A DNA stretch of 64,000 bases from Spirochaetia bacterium (GTDB lineage Bacteria > Spirochaetota > Spirochaetia > UBA9216), in assembly GCA_963675665.1 (NCBI GenBank), contig OY776510.1, positions 2,432,001 to 2,496,000 on the forward strand, given 5' to 3'. A program made the position numbers and the translations under genes. The notes beneath the pieces are model-generated. The model saw only the letters and a list, made by a program, of their open reading frames with translations. It had not been told where the DNA came from and made no database searches. Each line of letters starts with the position of its first letter. Position 1 is the stretch's first letter. This document shows positions 10,155 through 18,785 of the stretch, in pieces.

Positions 10155-11057
10155 TTGAGAAGCAGGCTTATTATCGGGCTGATAAGAAACAGGAACATCT
10201 TAAAAAAAGGTACTGAAACCTATGATGAATCGTTTTCGGTTCAGGAATTCAGGGACCGTACCGAGAAGGTCTCAAGGAAGCTGAGGCTGCCGAAAAATAT
10301 CAGTACCGAGAAAATTAAGATTGGTAATATTGAAGCTGAATGGATAATTCCCGATTTGGTAAAATCAGACGGCGTACTGTTTTATATTCACGGGGGCGGG
10401 TTTATTTCCGGTTCGTGCAATACTCACAGAACTCATGTTGCCAAATTTGCCGCCGGCACCGGCCTGAGGTCTCTTGTTTTCAATTACCGGCTTGCCCCCG
10501 AACATCCCTTTCCGGCAGGACTTAACGACTGCATAGATGTGTACAAGTGGCTGATGACGCGGGCAGATGAGGAAGGTTCCGGCGGTATTATAATCGGCGG
10601 GGAGTCAGCCGGCGGAACACTGGCATTATCACTGCTTCTTGCCCTGAAAGAGGAGGGGGTAAAGCTGCCAAAAGGGGTTTTCTCCATTTCACCGGCAACT
10701 GATCTGAGCTGCCGGGCAGCCTCTTTCAGCTATAATGCCGGAAAAGATATTGCGCCTGAAGGCTCATGGGGACTGTGGACAGGTTACTATACCGGCAGCG
10801 AATCAACTGATAACCCGCTACTTTCCCCTCAGTTCGGCAATTATTCAGGATGCCCGCCGCTTTATTTCTGTATTGGAACGCATGAAATACATTATGACGA
10901 CTGTCTAAATGCCGCTGAAAAAGCCCGCAAAGACGGTGTCGACGTGACTTTGCGGAAATGGCCGGGGATGGTGCACGCCTTCCCCCTGCTGTCGCCTTTG
11001 TTCCCCGAGGCCCGAAAAGCGCTGAATGATATATGTCGGTTCTGTTCTAATCTCTGA
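10155..11057 (+). CDS. Alpha/beta hydrolase (HSL-family esterase)
   Basis: HGGG oxyanion motif, YRLAPEHPFPA, GESAGG nucleophile elbow, MVHAF; start uncertain. Confidence 0.88.
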   Translation: MRSRLIIGLIRNRNILKKGTETYDESFSVQEFRDRTEKVSRKLRLPKNISTEKIKIGNIEAEWIIPDLVKSDGVLFYIHGGGFISGSCNTHRTHVAKFAAGTGLRSLVFNYRLAPEHPFPAGLNDCIDVYKWLMTRADEEGSGGIIIGGESAGGTLALSLLLALKEEGVKLPKGVFSISPATDLSCRAASFSYNAGKDIAPEGSWGLWTGYYTGSESTDNPLLSPQFGNYSGCPPLYFCIGTHEIHYDDCLNAAEKARKDGVDVTLRKWPGMVHAFPLLSPLFPEARKALNDICRFCSNL

Positions 11058-11082
11058 CCTACGGCCTGGAAGGCCGTTGCTC
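11052..11082 (-). repeat. Partial direct repeat of tRNA-Arg (anticodon arm region); att-like scar
   Basis: ctctgacctacggcctggaaggccgttgctc matches 12351-12381 at 29/31 nt. Confidence 0.85.
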
Positions 11083-11088
11083 AATACT

Positions 11089-12110
11089 TTAATTCTTTAC
11101 CTGTATCCTGCTAATCTCATTTATAAAGTCAGACAGCGGGCATGCTTCTATTAATTCATGAATAGGATATCTGTCTGAACCGGGATATATGACGTAGAGT
11201 TTTGAAAGATCCAGTTCTTTTATTGAACTGTGCATGGATTTTGTTGTTTTTGGTGTTTCGGTAAATTTAATTTCTATCCCAATTCTTTTATTACCCAGAA
11301 TTGTAAAAAGGTCCAGCTCTGCTCCGCTGTATGTCGACCAGAAGTAAGATTGCAGGATTGGGTTAATTCGCATTATTTGCTCTATGACAAAACTTTCCCA
11401 TGATGCTCCTGATTGAGGGTGTCCCATCAGAGTGTCCATTGTTGTTATACCAAGCAAATGATGCAGCAGGCCTGTGTCTCTTATGTATATTTTAGGTGAT
11501 TTCACCTGTCTTTTTTTTAAATTTGCATGCCACGGCGGCAGGGGTCTTATCATGTAGGTAGAGCTGAGAATGTCGATATAGGAACGGATAGTTTTATCAC
11601 TCATTCCCATTGAGCCTGCAAGCTGTGAGCTGTTCAGCAGCTGTCCATGGCTGTGGGCAAGCATTGTCCAGAAGCGTCTCAGTGTTTCCGGCGGTATGTT
11701 TATGCCGAATTGGGGGATGTCTCTTTGCAGAAAGGTCCTTACAAAACCCTCTCTCCATGCTATGCTGTCATCATCGTTTTCTGCGAGATAGGAGAGGGGG
11801 AATCCACCTCTTAGCCAGAGCCGGTTTATTTTATCGGTTCCGGTCTCTGAAATGTCGAACCCGTGAAGATCTACAAACTCAACCCGTCCGGCCAGAGATT
11901 CGGAAGCTTTTTTTATAATATCAGGCGATGCACTTCCGAGAATTAGAAAACGACCGTTATTCTGAACCTTGTCAGACAGTACCCTGAGCACGGGAAACAA
12001 TTCAGGCATTTGCTGGATCTCATCAATTATTATCAAGCCGGAAATATTTGACAGATAGAGTTCGGGATTCTGCAGTTTTGCCCGATCTGAAGGAGATTCA
12101 AGGTTAAAGG
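11089..12110 (-). pseudogene. 5'-truncated AAA_14 + DUF4143 ATPase
   Basis: IIIDEIQ Walker B, LILGSAS, ESLAGR, KRQVKSPKIY and ELD...IEIK are present. The frame continues upstream of 12036 (FNLESPSDRAKLQNPELYL) but reaches a TAA before any Walker A. Confidence 0.8.
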
Positions 12111-12186
12111 GGGGTATCTTTTTTCCGTTTACATATCTCGACTTCGTCTCGATGCTGCTTTATAGCATAATTTTGGATAAAGCGCA

Positions 12187-12279
12187 GTCCGGGAGGATTT
12201 GCTCTCTGTCGCCTGCGGCGATTCCTTTTGGAGTTTGACAAAGGCAAACTCCATCAAACCTTTTAACGGTTCGAATCCT
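12187..12279 (-). repeat. tRNA-linked structured repeat (anti-T-arm copy, internal hairpins, degenerate tRNA 3' end)
   Basis: ggttcgaatcct (12268-12279) is the reverse complement of 12340-12351; gtccgggaggatt (12187-12199) matches the tRNA 3' end 12333-12345 at 11/13; internal hairpins tggagtttg/caaactcca and tcgcc/ggcga. Confidence 0.6.
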
Positions 12280-12293
12280 TCTGATTTGCACAT

Positions 12294-12330
12294 AAAAAAA
12301 CCGAAGCCACCTGGCGGTGACCTCGGTTTT
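12294..12330 (-). terminator. Intrinsic terminator after tRNA-Arg
   Basis: On the minus strand AAAACCGAGGTCACC-GCCA-GGTGGCTTCGG followed by T7. Confidence 0.8.
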
Positions 12331-12403
12331 ACGTCCAAGAGGATTCGAACCTCTGACCTACGGCTTAGAAGGCCGTTGCTCTATCCAGCTGAGCTATGGA
12401 CGC
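12330..12403 (-). tRNA. tRNA-Arg (TCT)
   Basis: GCGTCCATAGCTCAGCTGGATAGAGCAACGGCCTTCTAAGCCGTAGGTCAGAGGTTCGAATCCTCTTGGACGTA folds as a cloverleaf; CCA not encoded. Confidence 0.96.
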
Positions 12404-12454
12404 ATATTAAAAATAATTTTTCAGGCCGCGGCTTTTCAGCGGTTGCCCGGGAAT

Positions 12455-12527
12455 TCGGAATGAGAGGACTCGAACCTCCGATTTCCTGCTCCCAAAGCAG
12501 GCGCCTTAGCCACTAGGCAACATTCCG
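12455..12527 (-). tRNA. tRNA-Pro (TGG)
   Basis: CGGAATGTTGCCTAGTGGCTAAGGCGCCTGCTTTGGGAGCAGGAAATCGGAGGTTCGAGTCCTCTCATTCCGA; CCA not encoded. Confidence 0.95.
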
Positions 12528-12545
12528 TCTCTCTAACGTCCGCAA

Positions 12546-12574
12546 AGTATAAGAATTATATTTCGGTGAGTCAA
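12546..12574 (-). promoter_or_regulatory. Sigma70 promoter of the tRNA-Pro/tRNA-Arg operon
   Basis: TTGACT-N17-TATACT on the minus strand. Confidence 0.8.
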
Positions 12575-12576
12575 GG

Positions 12577-12645
12577 GAGAAAGAGCATAAAAACTGTCGT
12601 TTTTATGCTCTTTCTCTGAAGTATTTTCAAGAGAAAATACTTCAG
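12577..12645 (-). terminator. Two adjacent stem-loops downstream of the DUF4037-like gene
   Basis: gagaaagagcataaaaac/gtttttatgctctttctc and ctgaagtattttc/gaaaatacttcag inverted repeats. Confidence 0.55.
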
Positions 12646-12698
12646 GAGAATTTACCGCCTGGAGTTCTTATTCCTTATATCAAAACATTTTAAGCCGC

Positions 12699-13481
12699 TC
12701 AGTAATCAAGTTTTACAAACGGAATTATGCTCTTTGCCATCAGTTCTGCAATGTCTGACTTGCGCTCCATTGATGTTTCATCGTCGCACCGGATCAGGTT
12801 TTCAAACCTGCTCAGAAAATGTTCGGGCAGGGTGTGAAGCTTTTTCAGCCTGGGGATTATATTCCGCCGGGGCGGCTCGAACTCATGGTTGAAGATAAAT
12901 AAAAGGCTGCAGCATGTTTTCAGGAACCCGCTTAGAGACACCATGAAAAAGTAATTGTCCTTCTCCATGGCCGCAGACTGAAGATCGATCAGGTAGTGTT
13001 CCATTGATGCAAATGATGCTATTGCAAGCATGTTCCAGAATTCATCGGGAAGTTTGTCGAGTTTCTGCTTTATATGATCAAGCCAGAGGTTTTTCTGGAT
13101 CAGCACTTTACCGGTAAGGATTCTGTAAAACATATAGGTGCCTGAAGCCCTGAATGCGTTGTAATTCTCGGATTTAAGTTCCAGAATGGTGTTTATTCTG
13201 TCGAGGTTTTTAAATTCGATTCTTACCGGAATATCATCAATAAAAAAACGATCTTTTGTTCCGTAGCTTGAAGTTTCGAAGGCTCCGGCGTCTGAGAAAA
13301 GCGCCTGACGAATATTCTTGTCGGGAATTTCCCCTTTATAGTAGACATCCAGACTGATAAAAAAATAGGGGCTAATCAATTCTTCTTCTGCAGATTCAAG
13401 AATAGTTATAGCATCAACCTGTTCCCATTTTGAAAGGCGTTCGGCCAAATCTGTAGATATCTTTTGTACTTTGCGTTTCAT
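12699..13481 (-). CDS. DUF4037-like / nucleotidyltransferase-fold conserved protein
   Basis: 260 aa ORF; SPYFFISLDVYY and KDRFFIDDIPVRIEF resemble a conserved spirochaete family. Confidence 0.65.
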   Translation of the reverse strand: MKRKVQKISTDLAERLSKWEQVDAITILESAEEELISPYFFISLDVYYKGEIPDKNIRQALFSDAGAFETSSYGTKDRFFIDDIPVRIEFKNLDRINTILELKSENYNAFRASGTYMFYRILTGKVLIQKNLWLDHIKQKLDKLPDEFWNMLAIASFASMEHYLIDLQSAAMEKDNYFFMVSLSGFLKTCCSLLFIFNHEFEPPRRNIIPRLKKLHTLPEHFLSRFENLIRCDDETSMERKSDIAELMAKSIIPFVKLDY

Positions 13482-13507
13482 GTTGTCTATTTTATCATAT
13501 TTATATT

Positions 13508-14056
13508 ATGATTCAAAGTAATAAAGGAGGCGCTTTGTATTTAGCCGTGATATTGCCGCCGAATAATTCGGAAACAGGTTTACTAAAACTCAAACGACGT
13601 ATTTTCCAGGAAACCGGGGCTGTTTCAGCCTGGGCTCTGAAACCTATGATCCCTTTCGCGTTCATGGAGCAGAAACCAGCGATTATCAGCAGAAGAGATC
13701 TGCCGCAATTGCCGCCGGAAGGCCTGGCGATAGACCGGATTATCGAAAAAAGCGGCCAGGTTTGCCTCGGTTCAGAGGTCTGCGCCGGGTTTTGCAAAGA
13801 GCTCATTTCATTATTTAAAGAATATGGTTTGTCCGAAGGTTTTGACGGGCTTCACCTCTTTGATTCGTCCGACTGCGGCTACCTGTTATTGTCAAAGGAT
13901 GTTGCAGAAATGGAGGAGACTGTTCTGCACTGGCACAGTTGTACGCTTTCCGTTTACAGAACGGAGACTAAACTCTTTCGGAATGCTGAGTGGTGGGAAA
14001 GAGTAGTGCTGGAAGATATTTTTGAAATTAAATTTCCAGGAGTTCCGAAGACATAA
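13508..14056 (+). CDS. Hypothetical protein
   Basis: 182 aa ORF filling the gap between genes; the start may be TTG about 13535. Confidence 0.55.
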   Translation: MIQSNKGGALYLAVILPPNNSETGLLKLKRRIFQETGAVSAWALKPMIPFAFMEQKPAIISRRDLPQLPPEGLAIDRIIEKSGQVCLGSEVCAGFCKELISLFKEYGLSEGFDGLHLFDSSDCGYLLLSKDVAEMEETVLHWHSCTLSVYRTETKLFRNAEWWERVVLEDIFEIKFPGVPKT

Positions 14057-15692
14057 CAATTTTGTTTCTGCCTGATTCCTTGGCTTTATATAATGCCTGG
14101 TCGGCTATTGAATTCAGCTCGGAAGGATTTTTAATATCAGGATAGCAGGCAATACCGCAGCTGAATGTGACGTAAAAATCGCCTTCGGTTGAAACGTGGC
14201 GAATTTGCGAGAAGCTCTCTCTGATTTTTTCCATTATCGTCCTGGCGTTTGAAATACCGGTATTTAGCAGGATGACAGCAAACTCCTCTCCACCGTATCT
14301 TCCGATTATATCAGTTCTTCTCAGTCTGTCCTGAAGCAGGCGCGACAAACTTTTTAAAACCCGGTCTCCGGTCATATGGCCGTGGACATCATTGACCTTC
14401 TTGAAATGATCTATATCTATCATGGCAAAGCAGAGTTCCGATTCAGTGCGTTCGGCCCGCAAAAGTTCGTTGTACAGGAATTCCTTTATATTAACATGAT
14501 TAAGCAGGCCGGTAAGCGAATCGCGCTCCATAAAATATCTCATCTGGCGGTTGCGTTCAGCCTTGGATGTCACTGACGATATGAGAAAGTCGGGCTTTAT
14601 AGGTTTTGTAAGAAAATCATCGCCACCGTGTTTTATAGCTTCAAACTGGATTTCCCTGTTGGATTCAAATGACAGGAATACTATCGGGATGCTGACAAAT
14701 GCTTCCTGCTGACGGATAATTGCGGCAAGATCGGGTCCGTCGCAATCAGGCATGTACATATCCATTAAAATCAGATCAGGTTTGGATTCAGCAAGAATAT
14801 CAAGAACCTTTTTCGGATCCGAAGCGACGGAAGTGATCATCCCGGCCTGTTGAAGAACGAGAGCATAATAGGAAACCTGCTCCGGATCATCATCAATAAT
14901 CAGAATATGAAATGGTTTGATATTTTCATCGTTGGTAAGAGAATCTACCCTGTCAATAAGTCTGCTTACATCCAGCGGTATGGTGAAAAAATCATCTCCT
15001 CCGGCTTTCACACACTCATGTCTTATCTCAAAATTGTCATTATCCGAGAAAAAGATAACGCTTAATTTACGACTGGAATTATCTTTTATTCTACGTACGG
15101 CTGATGCTGTCATGGGTTTGTGTTCAATCATGTTCGTGTTCATAATCAGCAGTTCATTTTCAGCTTCCTTAAGATGTTCTTTAAGCGAAGAGAAACTGTT
15201 AACAATCTGTACTGTATAGCCGAAGTATCCGAGCTGTTCGGAAAGATCTTTTGAGATCAGATCATCCTCCCCGAGTACAAATACAATCTTTTTTATATGA
15301 GAATCAGACTCTTCAGGAATAGTCCCTGGGGTTTCGGTTTGAAGGTCGAATTTTTCGGGTTCTGCACAGATTTCCCTGATGTCTTTCAGATATTTCACTA
15401 TAAGTTTTGATTCAGAATTTGAAACATGTTCTTTTTTTCTGATAATTTCATCAATCAGCCCTTCGAAATCTCTGGCCGCATCAGTAAGCGCCAATAGTCC
15501 GAAAGTTGCTGCCGAGCCGGCAATCTTGTGGATATGAATTTTGAGATCAGGCAGATTTTTTTGAATGTCCCTTTGTTCAAGGATTTCAACAGCAATATGT
15601 TTCAGCTGGTTATATCTGCCCGGCAGTGTTTTAAGGTAATTCTCTTTCAGCGTTCGAAGTCTTTCATTTGTTTTTTCAGACATTCCATCCAT
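14028..15692 (-). CDS. Diguanylate cyclase, Hpt-REC-REC-GGDEF
   Basis: Hpt (IHKIAGSAATFG), degenerate REC1, REC2 (DLILMDMYMP, FLTKP), GGEEF with an RRTD I-site. Confidence 0.92.
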   Translation of the reverse strand: MDGMSEKTNERLRTLKENYLKTLPGRYNQLKHIAVEILEQRDIQKNLPDLKIHIHKIAGSAATFGLLALTDAARDFEGLIDEIIRKKEHVSNSESKLIVKYLKDIREICAEPEKFDLQTETPGTIPEESDSHIKKIVFVLGEDDLISKDLSEQLGYFGYTVQIVNSFSSLKEHLKEAENELLIMNTNMIEHKPMTASAVRRIKDNSSRKLSVIFFSDNDNFEIRHECVKAGGDDFFTIPLDVSRLIDRVDSLTNDENIKPFHILIIDDDPEQVSYYALVLQQAGMITSVASDPKKVLDILAESKPDLILMDMYMPDCDGPDLAAIIRQQEAFVSIPIVFLSFESNREIQFEAIKHGGDDFLTKPIKPDFLISSVTSKAERNRQMRYFMERDSLTGLLNHVNIKEFLYNELLRAERTESELCFAMIDIDHFKKVNDVHGHMTGDRVLKSLSRLLQDRLRRTDIIGRYGGEEFAVILLNTGISNARTIMEKIRESFSQIRHVSTEGDFYVTFSCGIACYPDIKNPSELNSIADQALYKAKESGRNKIVMSSELLEI

Positions 15693-15737
15693 AATCTACT
15701 TTATTCTCTCAGGGTTTTGCATTATAGTATTATTAAT

Positions 15738-16187
15738 ATGGATAATTGTAAATCTCTTTCACCGAGTCTTGAAGATTATCTTGAAGCGATACTGATCCTC
15801 GAAACAAAACATCGTGTCGCGAGGGTTCGTGATATAGCTGCTCATCTGGAGGTCCAAATGCCTTCAGTAACAGGGGCTGTTAAAAACCTTCGTGAAAAAG
15901 GCCTTGTTAATTACGAAAAAAACTCATTTATCAGTCTTACCGAGGAAGGGAAAAAGATCGCGGATGAGATACTCAAAAAACATTCAGTTCTTGTTGATTT
16001 TCTCGAAAGCATTCTGTTGCTTTCGCATGAAAAGGCAGTTGAACAGGCATGCAATATTGAGCATGTAATTGATTCTGAGACAGCAATAAGGTTCAGCAAT
16101 TGTACAGCTGTATTAAGAAGTAAACTGGCTGATAATGAAAGAGTTTCCATGGATGATTGGAAACTGAGTATTGAAAAAGGCTTATAG
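15738..16187 (+). CDS. DtxR/MntR family metal-dependent repressor
   Basis: SLEDYLEAI, VQMPSVTGAVKNL, KHSVLVDFL and ACNIEHVI motifs; real start at ATG 15738. Confidence 0.9.
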   Translation: MDNCKSLSPSLEDYLEAILILETKHRVARVRDIAAHLEVQMPSVTGAVKNLREKGLVNYEKNSFISLTEEGKKIADEILKKHSVLVDFLESILLLSHEKAVEQACNIEHVIDSETAIRFSNCTAVLRSKLADNERVSMDDWKLSIEKGL

Positions 16188-16817
16188 AGCTTTTTTTATT
16201 TCCGGCCAGCAACAGTAGTCCGAAACAGGACAGGTCATGCACAAGGGTTTTTGTGCCTTGCAGAAATCCCTGCCAAGTTTGTTCAGAAGCATTGAGAATC
16301 TGTAACTTATAGCGGCAGGTACTTTCTCTATCAAATCATATTCGATTTTTTCCGGCTCTTTTGCCGTTGTAAGATCCAGGCGCGCGGCAGTTCGGGCAAA
16401 ATGCGTATCCACTATAATAGCCGGAAGATGAAAGCAGGTGCCCCTGATTACGTTAGCACTCTTTCTGCCCACACCGGGCAATTCAAGCAGGTCTTCCATG
16501 TCAGACGGGACATGATCGCTATGTTGGTTATGAATAATTGCGGCAGTTTTTATAATATTGGATGCTTTAATATTGAAAAATCCTACAGATTTTATTATGC
16601 CAGCCGTTTCAGCCGGATCCGCTTCAGCAAGATGCTCAGGCGACGGAAATCTTGCGAATAAATTCGGAAGAATTGAATTTACCTGTTTGTCGGTGGTTTG
16701 AGCTGACAGAATAACTCCTATCAGCAGTTGAAAGCAGTTTTCTGCTTCAAGAAAAGTGATTTCCCCATCAGTCAGCGAGTCAAGTCTGTTGTAAATCTGC
16801 ATTATCTTCATTATCAA
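16182..16817 (-). CDS. nth: Endonuclease III
   Basis: ILSAQTTD, HhH LPGVGRKSAN, VDTH and C-terminal CKAQKPLCMTCPVSDYC 4Fe-4S motif. Confidence 0.95.
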   Translation of the reverse strand: MIMKIMQIYNRLDSLTDGEITFLEAENCFQLLIGVILSAQTTDKQVNSILPNLFARFPSPEHLAEADPAETAGIIKSVGFFNIKASNIIKTAAIIHNQHSDHVPSDMEDLLELPGVGRKSANVIRGTCFHLPAIIVDTHFARTAARLDLTTAKEPEKIEYDLIEKVPAAISYRFSMLLNKLGRDFCKAQKPLCMTCPVSDYCCWPEIKKAL

Positions 16818-16893
16818 ATAGCCTTTACATTAAATTGATTTTCTGTTATGTTACTGATCCAGTATAAGTATACAAGCGTAAGGTAGGAATATA

Positions 16894-17085
16894 ATGGCTC
16901 GTAAATGTGATATATGCGGAAAAGGGACTATTGCAGGCAATAATGTCAGCCATGCCCATAACAAAACCAGAAGGGTTTGGAAACCGAATCTTGTAAAAAT
17001 GCAGGCGCTGATTGATGGCAAGAAGAAAACCATTAAAATCTGCACCCGCTGCCTCAGATCCGGAAAAGTTCAGAAAGCCGTCTAA
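16894..17085 (+). CDS. rpmB: 50S ribosomal protein L28 (zinc-binding type)
   Basis: [10 protein letters not shown]...[19 protein letters not shown]...CTRCLRSG. Confidence 0.97.
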   Translation: MARKCDICGKGTIAGNNVSHAHNKTRRVWKPNLVKMQALIDGKKKTIKICTRCLRSGKVQKAV

Positions 17086-17101
17086 TACCACAAACATAGA
17101 T

Positions 17102-17875
17102 TTAAATTTTAACTTTCAACCCGTCAAAAGCAGGAGCAATGCCGCCAGGCAGATCCTGCTTTAGATCTTTATGCAGTGTATCATGGCAAAGGTGTGTAAA
17201 CCATGTCTTTTCAGCTCCGATCCTGCGTGCCGCTTCGATTGCTTCAGGTATAGAAAAATGTGTTGAATGCGGTTTGTATCGTAAAGCATCAATGATCAGG
17301 TATTTAACACCTTTAAGCTTTGCGAAACTTGAATCGGGAATACTGCTGCAGTCGGTAAGATAAGCAAAGTCGTCTATCCTGTATCCCAGTACATCGAGAT
17401 CGCCGTGCTTCATCGGAACAGGCAGAAACTCCAGTTCGCCTATTTTTATAGTATCGTTGTTTTCAAGCATAATATTACTGATAGTATGAATTGAGATCCT
17501 GGGTTTTCCGCCGCCTCGCTGAGTCTGGTGGAATAAATATGAGAATCTGTCTTTAAATTCAGTCATTGTCCATTCGTTGCCGAATACGGGGACCGGATTT
17601 CTGAATGTGTACGGCCTGATATCGTCCAGTCCGTGAACATGATCAGCATGGCAGTGTGTAATAAGCAGCCCGTCCACTGTGCTGATCTTTTCGCGAAGCG
17701 CCTGTTGCCTGAAATCAGTCGAGGTATCGATAACAACAGAGGTATTTCGGCTTTGAATCCATATTGACGCCCTGGTTCTTTTATCATGAGGATCTTCCGA
17801 AGTGCAGACAGGGCAGTTGCAGTTTATTGAGGGAACTCCGAAAGAAGTTCCGGATCCAAGTACGGTTATCAGCAT
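17102..17875 (-). CDS. MBL-fold metallo-hydrolase (PhnP/YcfH-neighbour phosphodiesterase type)
   Basis: LGSGTSFGVP, CNCPVC, THCHADHVHGLDD, AYLTD and THLCH motifs; start set at ATG 17875. Confidence 0.9.
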   Translation of the reverse strand: MLITVLGSGTSFGVPSINCNCPVCTSEDPHDKRTRASIWIQSRNTSVVIDTSTDFRQQALREKISTVDGLLITHCHADHVHGLDDIRPYTFRNPVPVFGNEWTMTEFKDRFSYLFHQTQRGGGKPRISIHTISNIMLENNDTIKIGELEFLPVPMKHGDLDVLGYRIDDFAYLTDCSSIPDSSFAKLKGVKYLIIDALRYKPHSTHFSIPEAIEAARRIGAEKTWFTHLCHDTLHKDLKQDLPGGIAPAFDGLKVKI

Positions 17876-17980
17876 GGGATGATAATATAGATAATTATCA
17901 GGAATTTCCATAGCTGTAACTCCCGGGGACATCTAAAACTGAGGTTATATAAAACTACAGTTGTCGATGTCTCCCCCTTG

Positions 17981-18520
17981 TTATATTTCGATAATATGGG
18001 CACCGACAATTTCACCGTAAAACATGGTATGGTAGTCCCTGTTTGAGCCGGGGAAGTCAGAGGCGACATCTGACGGATAGTAGTCGGATTTAAAGCGGTC
18101 CTGTATCGTTCCGGCATCCTGCTTCTGTTTGTATATTATTCTGCATTCAAGCGTCATCGGCAGTTCTTTAAATCCGGGAACGGATATTTTTCTGCCGTCA
18201 ACTACAGTTAATCCCAAATCTGCAATTTTATCTGTATTTCGGCCGCTTTTTGTTCCGGCGTAACCTGTTATCCTGCCCACAGGGCCTGTTCCATATGGAA
18301 TATTAATGGAGAACTCTCCGTAATCAAGTAATTCATGGGTGTAGCGTCCCGAGCGTACAAATACGGTAAAAATCGGAATTCCCCATTCAATTCCAATCTG
18401 GCCCCAGGCGATGGTCATTGTATTATACCCTTCATCTTTTTTGGTGGTCAGGAGAACACCTTTTTTAAGCGGTTGTAAAATGTCGGTCATATAGTCGAAG
18501 GGATCAATTTCTTTATACAT
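17981..18520 (-). CDS. Flavin reductase-like FMN-binding protein
   Basis: NTMTIAWG, VFVRSGRYTHELL, GTKSGRNTDK and YHTMFYGEI motifs. Confidence 0.85.
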   Translation of the reverse strand: MYKEIDPFDYMTDILQPLKKGVLLTTKKDEGYNTMTIAWGQIGIEWGIPIFTVFVRSGRYTHELLDYGEFSINIPYGTGPVGRITGYAGTKSGRNTDKIADLGLTVVDGRKISVPGFKELPMTLECRIIYKQKQDAGTIQDRFKSDYYPSDVASDFPGSNRDYHTMFYGEIVGAHIIEI

Positions 18521-18785
18521 TATTTACCTCAGCTATTGTTTATTCTGTGGGATAAGCTTCAGACCTAATATAACTGAACCATGCAGGCATATCAAGTCCG
18601 GAATTATTTTTTCACAGAGTAAGGATCATGTTAAACCTGAAATCAAAAAAGCAGCAAAGCATATAAGAAGAACCTTATCTTAAGCCCGGTAATTGGTGTA
18701 ATGGCTGAAGCAATAGACTCAGTTGAAAATGATGTAGTCTCATGGTATTATTCTTTATTCCAAAAAGAATATTTTGAGGATTTAA

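Noticed and set aside
11052-11082. Possible extra tRNA-Gly(TCC)
   Set aside because: Only an anticodon arm; no acceptor stem or T-arm
12129-12516. ORFs 12129..12338 (-) and 12199..12516 (+)
   Set aside because: They overlap tRNA genes and the terminator; spurious
15528-15737. N-terminal extension of the DtxR ORF
   Set aside because: Overlaps the divergent DGC gene; DtxR similarity begins at ATG 15738
18683-18722. tRNA-like D-arm sequence TGGTGTAATGG
   Set aside because: No T-loop or acceptor stem follows
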